A stretch of 64,000 nt of DNA. Origin: a virus. The notes under the pieces were generated by a model that was given only the letters and a program-made list of their open reading frames with translations, searched no databases and had not been told where the DNA came from. A program made the translations under genes and the position numbers. Positions 18,039-28,609 of the stretch are shown here, piece after piece. The stretch spans positions 32,001-96,000 of the IMG/VR virus record IMGVR_UViG_3300043392_000054, one strand, 5' to 3'. Numbering within the stretch: the stretch's first letter is position 1; each line of letters opens with the position of its first letter.

Positions 18039-18710
18039 ATGATTATAGATGTAAATCAATTTAAAAACTCCGGTTACATTAGATTAGAAAACGTAATATC
18101 TATAAATGATGTAGATATTGTAAGACAAATTGCTTTAGATTTTAAAAATGAAATAATAGACAATAATTTATTAGGTACACCCAAAAAAATAGGCGTAGAA
18201 AGATATTGGAGAGGTCTAGATATGGCAAGTACAATGTCACCTAAATTATATGAATATTATACATCTAATATAATGTATCAAATTGCAACATCTTTATTAG
18301 AAACAAACGAGATATATCTTTTTAATGACCAGGTGGTAGTCAAACTACCAAATGAAGAATTTGAATTTGTTGAACATACTGATAATTCTTTTGGCCCAAA
18401 TAATCAAATGGCACTTAATAATGAATTTAAAACAATTACATGCTGTTGGGTCCTTGATGATTTTAATTTAGAGAATGGTCCTATTAGTATTTTAGATAAA
18501 ACTAGTAGGGAGTGGAAATTACCTTTACCTAAAAGAGGCGACATTATAATATGGGATGGAAACACAATTCATAAATCTAGTAAAAATATTACTAATCTAG
18601 AAAGATGCGTTTGGCTATGTGTTTATTCGACTACAAATCTAAAACAAATAAAGAATTTATCTACTGCAAGTTTCGACACTTTTTATGGAGATAGATTTTA
18701 TCCTTCTTGA
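18039..18710 (+). CDS. Phytanoyl-CoA-dioxygenase-like (PhyH) 2OG-Fe(II) oxygenase
   Basis: EHTDNS (HxD), TCCWVLDD, GDIIIWDGNTIHKS, RCVW. Start placed at MIIDV. Confidence 0.75.
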   Translation: MIIDVNQFKNSGYIRLENVISINDVDIVRQIALDFKNEIIDNNLLGTPKKIGVERYWRGLDMASTMSPKLYEYYTSNIMYQIATSLLETNEIYLFNDQVVVKLPNEEFEFVEHTDNSFGPNNQMALNNEFKTITCCWVLDDFNLENGPISILDKTSREWKLPLPKRGDIIIWDGNTIHKSSKNITNLERCVWLCVYSTTNLKQIKNLSTASFDTFYGDRFYPS

Positions 18711-18736
18711 AACAAAATTTAACTTTCATATAGAAT
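18709..18736 (+). promoter_or_regulatory. Putative middle promoter (clamp / polymerase C-subunit)
   Basis: GAAAC-N17-TAGAAT. Confidence 0.55.
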
Positions 18737-18761
18737 ATCTAAACATAATAAAAAAATAAAT

Positions 18762-19508
18762 ATGAAAGTAACAATCTCGAAAGTTGACCAGAACTCGTTT
18801 ATCACGTTCGTCAATCGCCTCAAAGTTATCGACTCATTCATTTACTTTAAGATTAAAGATGGAAGAGTTATCTCGTCTGCTTATTTGCCACAGCGCGATG
18901 CAGTAAAGCACCACATTGTTCCAGTTGATGAAATTTTTGTATTAGACTCAAAAATTGAAACGACTAAAGAGCTTAAGGTTGCCTTTTTTGATGCTGCTAA
19001 GTTAATCGAAGCATTTAAACAATTTGAATATGATGCTATTCAAGCTGAAATCGAATTCGTTGAAAATGAAGATGATTTCGTTGCATCGTCATTCAAGATT
19101 TTTAATGATGAATTAGAAATTACATTAGCTTGTTCAGAACCATCTTTAGGTTTCAAAGACTTAACAGAGTCTCAATTACAAACTATCTTTAATACAGATG
19201 GAGCTGATGTTACATTTGATATGTCGCATATCGAAATTTCTAAAATCAAGTCATTATTTGGTTTAGATAAAGATGAAACCTTTACAATTTCATCATCTAA
19301 AGAAGGTGTACGCATTAAAGGTAAATCTTATAATAAATTAATCAATACTACTAGCGCTGCTAAATCAAATGCAGTTATTTACAAGAAGTATTTAAACCTT
19401 TTTGACAAAGAAGATTATGCAGCAAATGTATTCTCAAATCGCGTAGTGTTACGCTCTAAAGATTCAAATACATTGTTAACAATCGCAACTTGTCAATCAG
19501 CTGATTAA
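18762..19508 (+). CDS. Probable DNA sliding clamp (gp45/PCNA-like)
   Basis: 248 aa, two-fold alpha/beta repeat pattern, translationally coupled to the polymerase C-subunit. Confidence 0.55.
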   Translation: MKVTISKVDQNSFITFVNRLKVIDSFIYFKIKDGRVISSAYLPQRDAVKHHIVPVDEIFVLDSKIETTKELKVAFFDAAKLIEAFKQFEYDAIQAEIEFVENEDDFVASSFKIFNDELEITLACSEPSLGFKDLTESQLQTIFNTDGADVTFDMSHIEISKIKSLFGLDKDETFTISSSKEGVRIKGKSYNKLINTTSAAKSNAVIYKKYLNLFDKEDYAANVFSNRVVLRSKDSNTLLTIATCQSAD

Positions 19509-20707
19509 TGATAGAAGAATTATTAAATAAACCAGAATCAGATTTAACACTTGATGAAATGAAAACCTTGGCAGAATTCTACTCGCGAGAATCTGCCAAG
19601 TTTACAGCTTATGAACAAGCAGTTAAATTAATGCTTAACTCTATTTATGGTGCATTTGGTAACCAGTGGTTTCACTTCTTTAATATCGATATTGCTGAAT
19701 CTATCACATTACAAGGTAAAAATGCTATCTTATATGCTGAAAAGATTTTAAACAAATATATTCAAGAATTCTTTTATAAGGATACTGAATTACATAAGAA
19801 ATTAAATATTAAGGTTAAAGGTCCAACACATAAACCTGCAGTTATCTACATCGATACTGATTCAAACTATGTTCAGTTTCAGGACATGTATGAATCAATT
19901 CAATGGTTAGATGAAACACAGAAGATGGACATCGTAACCTTTATTTTAACAGTTTATGATATTCGTTTAAAGGATTATATTGTTAAAGCATTAGACAAAT
20001 ATGCAGATGGCACAAATACAGATTCATTCTTAGTGTTTGAACTAGAATCAGTAGCATACTCTGGCATTTGGATGGCTAAGAAAAAGTATTTACAAAATTT
20101 AGCATGGGACGATAAGATTTCAACAGCTGAAAGACATAAAATGCTTAAGAAGGTTAAAACAGTTGGATTCGATACTATTCAATCTTCAACACCAACCTTT
20201 GCTAGAAAAAAATTAGCAGAAGCATTACAAATTCTTTTTGAAAAGAAGCCAACACCTGAAACATTAATGGTAATAATTTCATTCTTAAAAAAGGCTAAGA
20301 AAGAATTTAAGATGGCAAGCGTTGATGATATTACATTCAATAAGAGAACTAATAATATTGAAAAATATATTGTTGATGACCACGGTACATTTGAGTTTGG
20401 CTTAAAATGTCCGCCTAATGTTAAAGCTGCTGGATTTTATAATTACCTAATGAATAATAATTCAAAATACAAATCTAAGTATAGAATGATTAATAACGGT
20501 GAAAAGCTAAAAATATACCACACAACACACAATATTTGTGAAGTTTTTGGCTATCTTCCAGGAGACCATCCTTATGAATTTGCACCTGAAATAGATTATG
20601 AAACTCAATTTGAAAAATGTATTATTGACCCGTTAAATAGAGTTTTAGATTGCGTAGGTTTACAAACATTAAATAGAAATTTAATTTATTCATCAACATT
20701 ATTTTAA
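19508..20707 (+). CDS. Family B DNA polymerase, C-terminal subunit (gp43B-like)
   Basis: KLMLNSIYGAFG (motif B), YIDTDS (motif C), KKKY. Confidence 0.9.
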   Translation: MIEELLNKPESDLTLDEMKTLAEFYSRESAKFTAYEQAVKLMLNSIYGAFGNQWFHFFNIDIAESITLQGKNAILYAEKILNKYIQEFFYKDTELHKKLNIKVKGPTHKPAVIYIDTDSNYVQFQDMYESIQWLDETQKMDIVTFILTVYDIRLKDYIVKALDKYADGTNTDSFLVFELESVAYSGIWMAKKKYLQNLAWDDKISTAERHKMLKKVKTVGFDTIQSSTPTFARKKLAEALQILFEKKPTPETLMVIISFLKKAKKEFKMASVDDITFNKRTNNIEKYIVDDHGTFEFGLKCPPNVKAAGFYNYLMNNNSKYKSKYRMINNGEKLKIYHTTHNICEVFGYLPGDHPYEFAPEIDYETQFEKCIIDPLNRVLDCVGLQTLNRNLIYSSTLF

Positions 20708-20913
20708 TGCAAACAAATTCAGACCATTTATTAGATAATTTAGACGAAATTCAAATAGAATTCGTTGAGAAATATCAAGAGATTTTAAGTAGAGTTAAAG
20801 TTTTACAAACTAGAATGGCTCTTTTAGAATCTGAAATTAATCTTGCAACGAAAGAGTTACAGGATTTAAGAGAATTAGAACAAAAAACAATACAAGAAAA
20901 TGGCAAAAAGTAG
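20707..20913 (+). CDS. Small coiled-coil hypothetical protein
   Basis: 68-aa heptad-rich ORF coupled to both neighbours. Confidence 0.6.
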   Translation: MQTNSDHLLDNLDEIQIEFVEKYQEILSRVKVLQTRMALLESEINLATKELQDLRELEQKTIQENGKK

Positions 20914-22018
20914 TAAAACATTTACATTTGACGACCTAAATGCAGAATTAGCTGGAATTAATCCACTTGGTTCAGTGATGGAAATGTCAGATTTTAGTGA
21001 AATTACAGAGTACTTAGATACTGGTAACTATCACTTAAACGCATGTGTATCAGGTTCTCTTTTTAAAGGATGGCCTAATAATAGAGCTTGCTCAGTTGCA
21101 GGTCCATCTGGAACAGGTAAAACTTTCTTAATGCTAAACACAGTAAGAGAAGCTATTAATAAAGGTTATTCTGTTATTTACTATGATTCAGAAGCTGCAA
21201 TTGATAAAGAACTTATGAAAAAGTTTGGTATTGATGTATCAAAGGTTAATTATCAACCAGTGAATACTGTTCAAGAGTTTAGAACATCTGTGACTACAAT
21301 CACTAAAAAGATGCAAGAGGCTAAAAGAAATGGAGCAGAATTACCAAAGGTAATGATTCTTTTAGATTCAGCTGGTAACTTAGCAACTCAAAAGGAAATT
21401 GATGATGCAGTTTCAGGTTCAGAGAAAGCAGACATGACACGTTCTAAAGTTCTTAAATCAATCTTTAGAATTATTATGACTCCATTAGCAGACTTAAAGA
21501 TTCCATTCTTATTTACTAACCACACATATATGTCTCAAGACTTTATGCCAGTTAATGTGGCTGGTGGTGGAACTGGACCAGAGTATGCTGCTTCTATTGT
21601 TTTAATTTTGACAAAGGCACAATTAAAAGATAAATCTGGTAAAGAAAGAGTAGGAATTATTGTAACTGCTAAACCAGCTAAAAATAGATTTGCAAAACCA
21701 GTACCTGTTAAATTCCATTTAGATTTTAGTAAAGGTATGAATAAATTTGTTGGTCTAGAAAAATATGCAACTTGGGATATTTGCGGAATTGCTAGAGGAA
21801 CTATTGACCCAAAAACTAAGGAAAAAGTTCTTAAAGATACGGCTAGAACTTGGGTTTGCAAGCATTTAGATGTTGCAATTCCAGATTCAGAGTTTTTTAC
21901 AGAAACTGTCTTTACTCAAGATGTTTTAGAACAAATTGATGCTTATATCCAACCAATCTTCAATTATAATTCTGAAACAGCAGACTTTATTGATGATATA
22001 ATTAATGATGAAGACTAA
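20900..22018 (+). CDS. uvsX: RecA-like recombinase
   Basis: GPSGTGKT Walker A, YYDSEAA, ILLDSAGNL, AGGGTGPEYAAS. Confidence 0.9.
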   Translation: MAKSSKTFTFDDLNAELAGINPLGSVMEMSDFSEITEYLDTGNYHLNACVSGSLFKGWPNNRACSVAGPSGTGKTFLMLNTVREAINKGYSVIYYDSEAAIDKELMKKFGIDVSKVNYQPVNTVQEFRTSVTTITKKMQEAKRNGAELPKVMILLDSAGNLATQKEIDDAVSGSEKADMTRSKVLKSIFRIIMTPLADLKIPFLFTNHTYMSQDFMPVNVAGGGTGPEYAASIVLILTKAQLKDKSGKERVGIIVTAKPAKNRFAKPVPVKFHLDFSKGMNKFVGLEKYATWDICGIARGTIDPKTKEKVLKDTARTWVCKHLDVAIPDSEFFTETVFTQDVLEQIDAYIQPIFNYNSETADFIDDIINDED

Positions 22019-22331
22019 TATGACTAATTTAGGTAGCATAGCTGAAGATAAATTACCAATTAAATATATTTTGGGTATAGAAAGTGAATTCGAAACATAC
22101 CCAGATGCATTCGACATAGTGTATGCATATATTTTAAAGGTTAAAAAGAATCCAGAAAGATATAAAGGTACATTTACTAAACATGGTTTAATCACATGGG
22201 AATTTCCAGGTTGTTCCATTGATAATATTAATAATGGACTTCAGCGTGCTATCGAATTAGGTTTATTAGAATGCACCAATAAAACAGAAGATAAAGAAGC
22301 CTACAAGATAATTTTAAACCCATTTGCATGA
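22005..22331 (+). CDS. Hypothetical protein (possible winged helix)
   Basis: Coupled between uvsX and the helicase; helix-helix-beta-hairpin pattern at the C-terminus. Confidence 0.5.
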   Translation: MMKTNMTNLGSIAEDKLPIKYILGIESEFETYPDAFDIVYAYILKVKKNPERYKGTFTKHGLITWEFPGCSIDNINNGLQRAIELGLLECTNKTEDKEAYKIILNPFA

Positions 22332-23641
22332 AATTCGGTCAAGACTTTGAAAAAGTATTTTTCAAACTATCATTACAAAAACCAAAATATTTAGAGGCTA
22401 TTAAGAGAGGCTTTTACACCAGTGAAGACATTGATGTAATGCATTATTTAGCAACTAAATTTCATAATAAATTTCATGAAGCTCCTTCAATGGAACAAAT
22501 GAAACTATTAATTCAACGTTCTGCTGCTAAAGATAAAGTAGACGAAGATATGATTGAAATTGTGTATAGCGCAGATTTAAATCAATATGACGAAGAATGG
22601 TTAACATCAACAGCTGAATCTTGGATTAAATGGAGAAACTTCGATACAACTTTAATCGATACAATTGAGTATATTAAAACAACTCAAGTGGACCCAGATA
22701 ACGTTGATGGAATCATTTCTAAAGTTAAAAATCTAATCAATGATAGAAATTCATTGACATTTAATTCAGACTTAGGCTTAGACTTTTTTAATCCAAATGA
22801 CCACGTTCAAGAAGGCATTACAAAAATGTCAACCGGTTATAATTTCTTAGACCGAGCATTGGGTGGAGGGTATGATAAAGATGGAACCTTAGTTGTTTAT
22901 GTAGGTGAGCAAAATATTGGTAAATCAATTTATCTTGCAAATGAAGCTGCTAATTCAATTAAAATGGGAACAAATACTGCGGTAATTACAGCAGAGATGT
23001 CAGCTCATAAGTTTATGAAACGTATTGGCTCTAATGCTTTATCAATTCCGATGACAGAATACGATGAAAAGGCTAAGAACGTAGATTATCTTAAAAGAAA
23101 ATTAGAAACTATAGGTGATGGTTTAACTCCTCCGGGTCAATTATTTGTTAAGCAATTTCCAACTTCACAAGCAACTGTCCCAGATATTGAAGCTTATTTA
23201 AAACAGATTGAAGAAGAGCGTAAAATTAAATTAGGAGTAATTGTAATTGACTATATTAATATTCTTTCTAATTATAGAAACCCAAACTCTGAAAATACTT
23301 ATTTAAAAATCAAGCAAATTGCTGAAGATTTAAGAGCAATGGGAGTTAGAAACAAATGGTTAATCGTTACAGCAACCCAAATTACAAGAAGCGGTTATAA
23401 CTCAAGTGATATTTCAATGAGTGATGTTGCTGAATCAGCAGGTCTTTCACATACGGCTGACGTAATGTTAGGTATTATTCAAGACGATATTATGAGAGCT
23501 AGTTACGAGTACTGGTTAAAAATTCTAAAGATTAGAGATGGCGAAGGCCGAGGTGTTAAGTGTAAGCTAAACATTAATTATCAATATATGAGATTAACTG
23601 AAACAGATGAAATCAGTAACTCAAATATTCACGAATTATAA
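22328..23641 (+). CDS. DnaB-like replicative helicase (gp41)
   Basis: GEQNIGKS Walker A, IVIDYINIL Walker B, TATQITRSG. Confidence 0.92.
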   Translation: MKFGQDFEKVFFKLSLQKPKYLEAIKRGFYTSEDIDVMHYLATKFHNKFHEAPSMEQMKLLIQRSAAKDKVDEDMIEIVYSADLNQYDEEWLTSTAESWIKWRNFDTTLIDTIEYIKTTQVDPDNVDGIISKVKNLINDRNSLTFNSDLGLDFFNPNDHVQEGITKMSTGYNFLDRALGGGYDKDGTLVVYVGEQNIGKSIYLANEAANSIKMGTNTAVITAEMSAHKFMKRIGSNALSIPMTEYDEKAKNVDYLKRKLETIGDGLTPPGQLFVKQFPTSQATVPDIEAYLKQIEEERKIKLGVIVIDYINILSNYRNPNSENTYLKIKQIAEDLRAMGVRNKWLIVTATQITRSGYNSSDISMSDVAESAGLSHTADVMLGIIQDDIMRASYEYWLKILKIRDGEGRGVKCKLNINYQYMRLTETDEISNSNIHEL

Positions 23642-23652
23642 AATAAAAAAAT

Positions 23653-24096
23653 ATGTTTGATAAGAAAGATAAAATATTTGACAATACATTTCAAGACCAA
23701 GATTTTGATTTAGATTCTAGCATTTCATTCCAAGTGTCTCCACAATATATGGATAGTACTGATGAAGAAGATAAGATTAATCTTGAAATGATTAGAAGAG
23801 ATATTCACGCCTTAATCGTAGTATCACGATTTAAATCCTTTAATGATTTAGATGATTTAGCTGAAGCTAAAAAACTTAAGAAGGTTGATATTAATGAGGT
23901 TTATGAATTTGTGGCAGGAGAGTTAGTTGAAAAATATTCACTAATTGAAATTTTTGCAGAAACAGCAGATTATTTTAATGTTAATCCAACTAAATTTTAT
24001 GCCTCTTTAAGTAATAAATTTAAAGAAGATTTAATTCAAGCTTTAGATAATAGAACTGAAATTTTAAAGCGTAAAAAAATTAATAGTTTATTCTAA
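23653..24096 (+). CDS. Hypothetical protein
   Basis: 147-aa ORF coupled to gp47. Confidence 0.6.
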   Translation: MFDKKDKIFDNTFQDQDFDLDSSISFQVSPQYMDSTDEEDKINLEMIRRDIHALIVVSRFKSFNDLDDLAEAKKLKKVDINEVYEFVAGELVEKYSLIEIFAETADYFNVNPTKFYASLSNKFKEDLIQALDNRTEILKRKKINSLF

Positions 24097-25211
24097 TGAT
24101 TGAAGACAAAATTTTAAAACAACCAGTTAAAAGAATTTGGGTTTTAGGAGATGTTCACTTTGGAGTTAGAGCTAATTCAATAGAATGGCTTGAAATTCAA
24201 CAAGAATTCTTTGAAAAGGTATTTATACCTACATTAAAAGAACATGTAAAGCCTGGTGATGTTTTAGTTCAAGTTGGTGATGTATTTGATAATAGACAGA
24301 GTGTTAACTTAAGAGTATTACACTATTCTATTGACCTATTTGAAAGATTAGGTAAAATTTTACCAGTTCACATTATTTGTGGCAACCATGATATTTGGGC
24401 TAAAAAATCAAATGAAGTAACTTCTATTGATGCTTTAAAATGGATTCCTAATATAGCTATCTATAAAAAGCCTAAGCAATTTACATGGAGTAATAAAAAT
24501 ATTTTACTAATGCCATGGCGCAGAGATGCTGAACATGAAGTTGAAACTCTTTCAAAGTATTCTACATCTAATATTGTATTTTGTCACTCAGAAGTAAGCG
24601 GAGTAGCCTTAAATGCAAAGGTAAAGAATCATCACGGAACAGATACTGAAAATTATAAAGGATTTGATGCTGTTTATTCTGGCCATATTCATTATCGCCA
24701 ACGTAAAGGCAAGCTAAGATTAGTTGGTACTCCATACGAATTAACACGCTCTGATTCTGGAAATAAAAAGGGATTTGACCTAGTTGATTTAGAGACGATG
24801 GAGGAAACTTTCTTCGAGAATACAGTATCACCTAAGTTTTTAAAGTTTAATCTAAAGAGCCTATATATGGTGCAATTAGGTGAGTTTAAAAAACAAATCG
24901 AAAACAATTTTGTAGATATTTACGTACCTTCTAAAATTGCAACTAGTTCAGCTCTTTCTAAATTAATTAATAAGGTTCAAAAAATATCTAGAAAGATAGA
25001 GCCTAACATATATGAAGATGAGTCCATGGTCGACAAAGACTTATATGACATGGAACAAATTGAAGATATGTATAAGAATTATAACATTATGCATTTGTGT
25101 AACTTGTATATCGATGGAGCTAATTATGATTCAGAAATGAAACAAAAGCTAAAATCTAGATTAAAACAGATACACGACCAATGTGCGTACAATTACGACT
25201 TAGACCAATAA
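24096..25211 (+). CDS. Mre11/SbcD-like recombination nuclease (gp47)
   Basis: GDVHFG, GDVFD, GNHD, SGHIH metallophosphoesterase motifs. Confidence 0.92.
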   Translation: MIEDKILKQPVKRIWVLGDVHFGVRANSIEWLEIQQEFFEKVFIPTLKEHVKPGDVLVQVGDVFDNRQSVNLRVLHYSIDLFERLGKILPVHIICGNHDIWAKKSNEVTSIDALKWIPNIAIYKKPKQFTWSNKNILLMPWRRDAEHEVETLSKYSTSNIVFCHSEVSGVALNAKVKNHHGTDTENYKGFDAVYSGHIHYRQRKGKLRLVGTPYELTRSDSGNKKGFDLVDLETMEETFFENTVSPKFLKFNLKSLYMVQLGEFKKQIENNFVDIYVPSKIATSSALSKLINKVQKISRKIEPNIYEDESMVDKDLYDMEQIEDMYKNYNIMHLCNLYIDGANYDSEMKQKLKSRLKQIHDQCAYNYDLDQ

Positions 25212-25212
25212 T

Positions 25213-26886
25213 ATGCGTATTAAATCAATAGAATTTAAAAACTTTGCTTCCTATGGCAATAAAGTTCAGACTTTGTCTTTTGAAGAGGACAAAGCTGAAT
25301 TATTTTTAACATTAGGTAAAAATGGTGATGGTAAAACTACAATCGCAAACGCAATCGTATTTGCTTTATATGGAAAGCTAGATGGCGTTAAAATGCAAGA
25401 GCTGCCAAATAGAATCAATAAGAATCTAATGGTTAGAGTAAAGTTACAATGTAAAGATATTGATGTTGAAATAGAAAGAGGACTAGCTCCTAATCATTTT
25501 AAGGTTCTTCTCAATGGAGTTGAATTTGATAAAGCAGGTAAAAAGTCCGTTCAAGATTATTTAGAAGAAGAGGTATATGGTATTCCATATCATGTATTTA
25601 AAAATATTATTATCTTATCAGTAAATGACTTTAAGTCTTTCTTAACGATGTCAGGCAATGATAAAAAACAAATTATCGATAAGATGTTTGGTTTTTCAAT
25701 CTTAAATGATATGCAAAAGGCAGTTAAAGAAGAAAGACGTAGTATTAAAATGGATTTAGATTCATTTGAAAGAGACCTAAAGCAAATTAACGAAAGCATG
25801 GTATCCGTGCAAATGAAATTAAATCAATTGCTTTCAGAATCAGACCAAGTTAATAAAGATAAAATACAAGAACTTAAAGATAAGTTAATTCATTTTGATG
25901 AAAATAAAAAGAAATTAGAAGAAGCTAAAGAAAAGATAAAGCTATCTATAGGAAAAGAAACTAAATCTTATGAAATAGCAAATAATAAGCACAATATTCT
26001 TAAATATGAATTAGCTGAACTTAAAAAGAAATTAGCTTTATATGAACAAGGAACTTGTCCAACATGTGAAGCACCTTTAACTGGAGATTTTCATCAACAT
26101 CGTAAAGATGAACTAACACAGAGTGTAGAATCAATGCCAGATAAAATTAAAGAGGCTGAAGAACAAGTTAATACAATTAGACAATTAACTATTGATTTAA
26201 AGGCAAAAGAATCACAGATTTTAGATAAAGCTTCAATGTTAAATTCTAGCATTAGAACGCTTAAAGCAGAATTGTTAAAGATTAAAGAAGGATTAGAAAA
26301 TAACGGTCAATTTGACCATTTAAAACAAATTATAAATGATTTCGAGCAGAAAGAGAACCAGACCGGTCAACAAAAAGACAAATCGTCCGAGGAATACCTA
26401 TTCCTCGAAGCAGTAGAAGAGATTCTAGGAGAAGACGGAGTTAAGAATTTAGCAGTTAAAACTATTTTACCAGGATTAAATGCTAATATTGCAGCAATGA
26501 GTCAAACAATGCATATTCCATTTCAAATTAAATTTAATGATAAGTTTGATTGTATTATTACGCATTTAGGACAAGAGATTAATGCAATGACTCTTTCAAC
26601 AGGTGAACGTAAAAAAGCAGATTTTATTATTATTATTGCCATCATTAAGATTTTAAAATTAAGATTTCCACAATTAAACTTATTGTTCTTAGATGAATTA
26701 TTAAGTTCAGTCGACCAAGATGGTATCTATAATATCTTAAAGATTTTAAGTCAAGTTATTAAAGAGAGCAAAATTAATACATTTGTAATTAATCATACAC
26801 CTCTACCACATGAAATCTTTGATAAAAAGTTACAAATATATAGAGATAATGGTTTCTCTAAATTTGAAATAGAAGTCATTGAATAA
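25213..26886 (+). CDS. Rad50/SbcC-like ATPase (gp46)
   Basis: GKNGDGKT, coiled coil with CPTC zinc hook, LSTGE signature, LFLDE. Confidence 0.93.
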   Translation: MRIKSIEFKNFASYGNKVQTLSFEEDKAELFLTLGKNGDGKTTIANAIVFALYGKLDGVKMQELPNRINKNLMVRVKLQCKDIDVEIERGLAPNHFKVLLNGVEFDKAGKKSVQDYLEEEVYGIPYHVFKNIIILSVNDFKSFLTMSGNDKKQIIDKMFGFSILNDMQKAVKEERRSIKMDLDSFERDLKQINESMVSVQMKLNQLLSESDQVNKDKIQELKDKLIHFDENKKKLEEAKEKIKLSIGKETKSYEIANNKHNILKYELAELKKKLALYEQGTCPTCEAPLTGDFHQHRKDELTQSVESMPDKIKEAEEQVNTIRQLTIDLKAKESQILDKASMLNSSIRTLKAELLKIKEGLENNGQFDHLKQIINDFEQKENQTGQQKDKSSEEYLFLEAVEEILGEDGVKNLAVKTILPGLNANIAAMSQTMHIPFQIKFNDKFDCIITHLGQEINAMTLSTGERKKADFIIIIAIIKILKLRFPQLNLLFLDELLSSVDQDGIYNILKILSQVIKESKINTFVINHTPLPHEIFDKKLQIYRDNGFSKFEIEVIE

Positions 26887-26898
26887 TAATTAGATATA

Positions 26899-27702
26899 AT
26901 GGCATCATATAATGTAAAATATAACTTTGATGACAGTGTGGTTCGCCACATTGTGATAGGTCTTTTGGCTGATTTAAATAATAAAGTTTATTTTTATCGT
27001 CAATTAGATAATAATACAAGAGTTGCAATTGATGTTCCATTTTATTATGCAATTACAGGAGACGACCAATTTTTAAGAGATACCTTTTTATTCTCAACTC
27101 CAGATGGTGTAGATTGTTTACCAGACCCAAAATTTGCTGATGGAAATTATGATAAAATTCCAAGAGGTGTTGCAAATTTAAGCTCTATGTCAATTGATTC
27201 TGCAAAATTAGTTAATCGTAGAATTAGAGGTAATTATACTAAAATGAATGACCAAGGAGCTATGCTTGGGTATAATGCTGAATTTATGATGATTCCTATT
27301 GTATTATCATTTGATATAGAAATTTTAGTTTCTTCTCAATTAGATTCATTAAAGATATCGGAAATGATTATTAAAAAGCTTTATAAATCTAATTATTTTA
27401 ATGTTGAAGTTGGTCATTTAAATGAAGGAACCTATAGAATTGCATCTTATTATGCATTACCAGATGAATTTACAAATGAAAAACCAATAGAGTTTACATA
27501 CGATGATAAAGGTAAATATAAAATTACTTTTCCGATAGAAGTTAATTCATTTATGCCTGTTTTTGAATTTGAAACAGAAATGCATGCTGGAAAGAGAATG
27601 TTTGAAATTATTTCTACTGTCACTGAGCAAAATCCAGCACAATTTATTAGAGGAAAAGAGTCAACTGATGATGTAAATATAATAGATAAAAATACAATAT
27701 AA
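26899..27702 (+). CDS. Tail terminator / sheath stabilizer (gp15-like)
   Basis: IDVPFYY, IPRG, MIPIVLSFDIEI and QLDSLKISEMI resemble T4 gp15 family blocks. Confidence 0.65.
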   Translation: MASYNVKYNFDDSVVRHIVIGLLADLNNKVYFYRQLDNNTRVAIDVPFYYAITGDDQFLRDTFLFSTPDGVDCLPDPKFADGNYDKIPRGVANLSSMSIDSAKLVNRRIRGNYTKMNDQGAMLGYNAEFMMIPIVLSFDIEILVSSQLDSLKISEMIIKKLYKSNYFNVEVGHLNEGTYRIASYYALPDEFTNEKPIEFTYDDKGKYKITFPIEVNSFMPVFEFETEMHAGKRMFEIISTVTEQNPAQFIRGKESTDDVNIIDKNTI

Positions 27703-27743
27703 TATCAGGATATATAGTTAAAGCATAAAAAAATAAGCACATA

Positions 27744-28505
27744 ATGAAAACAAACATTCTTGCGCCAGTAAATGTATCTGAAAATTCAATCCAATTTTAT
27801 TTAAATGGTAGAGTTTTTGAATTAACGGGCAACCAAATCACTGAAGCTGAAACAATTGAATCAGCTCAATTTTCACAAGCAATTAAAGCATTCGAATCAT
27901 TTGAATTTACAACTGAAAATGTTAAATGGTATCACGGAGTTTCTAGATTTAACTATAATTTAGCAGAAAACAAATTTACTTGGGGTAATACTGAATTATT
28001 AGATGAAAACTTCGCTAATCAAATTATGGCAGGTGGAGCTATCAGATATGAAAATTTAGAAACTGCTCAATTATTCGCTAGCATTCCATCAATGTTAGAA
28101 AGCTATACAGTTTTAGATTTCGTAGCAACATTTGAAGGTAACGGTACAACAGTTGATTTAATGAAAGCTGAAGATAAATTATTCGTAGCTAGATTTAATT
28201 CAAATAATAAAATCTCTAAATTCTTTGAAGCTAAGAACGCAAATGAGGCATTAGAGTACGTTACAAGAGAAACAGGTGAATCTGCTCTTTCATTCTTATC
28301 AGATTTATTAGAGGGTGAAGCTGCTTCTTTAGCACAAACTGAAGCTCAAATTTCTGAAGCTAGAGATATTATCTCATTCTTAAAAGACCAAAGAGAAGTT
28401 ATTTCTAATTATGATAAAACAGTTGCTGAAATTAAAGCGGCAGATGATTTAATCACTTCTGAAATTAAAGTTTGGGAATCTAAAATTGCTGAATTAAAAG
28501 CATAA
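27744..28505 (+). CDS. Late-expressed hypothetical protein with C-terminal coiled coil
   Basis: GATATATA at 27709; own terminator downstream. Confidence 0.6.
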   Translation: MKTNILAPVNVSENSIQFYLNGRVFELTGNQITEAETIESAQFSQAIKAFESFEFTTENVKWYHGVSRFNYNLAENKFTWGNTELLDENFANQIMAGGAIRYENLETAQLFASIPSMLESYTVLDFVATFEGNGTTVDLMKAEDKLFVARFNSNNKISKFFEAKNANEALEYVTRETGESALSFLSDLLEGEAASLAQTEAQISEARDIISFLKDQREVISNYDKTVAEIKAADDLITSEIKVWESKIAELKA

Positions 28506-28527
28506 TTTTTTTACATTTCATATTTAT

Positions 28528-28551
28528 AAAAGGGACCTAGCGTCCCTTTTT
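28528..28551 (+). terminator. Intrinsic terminator
   Basis: AAAAGGGAC-CTAGC-GTCCCTTTTT. Confidence 0.85.
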
Positions 28552-28559
28552 GTCTTTAA

Positions 28560-28587
28560 TAAACAAAACAAAGATTCTGTGTATAAT
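28560..28587 (+). promoter_or_regulatory. Putative middle promoter upstream of the late sigma gene
   Basis: TAAAC-N17-TATAAT. Confidence 0.5.
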
Positions 28588-28609
28588 TAATTAAAAAATA
28601 AGATAAACC

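Noticed and set aside
14700-19560. Split intein or group I intron explanation for the broken polymerase
   Set aside because: No N-terminal Cys/Ser intein block or His-Asn-Cys junction, no intron core, and the gap is filled by ordinary genes with their own promoters.
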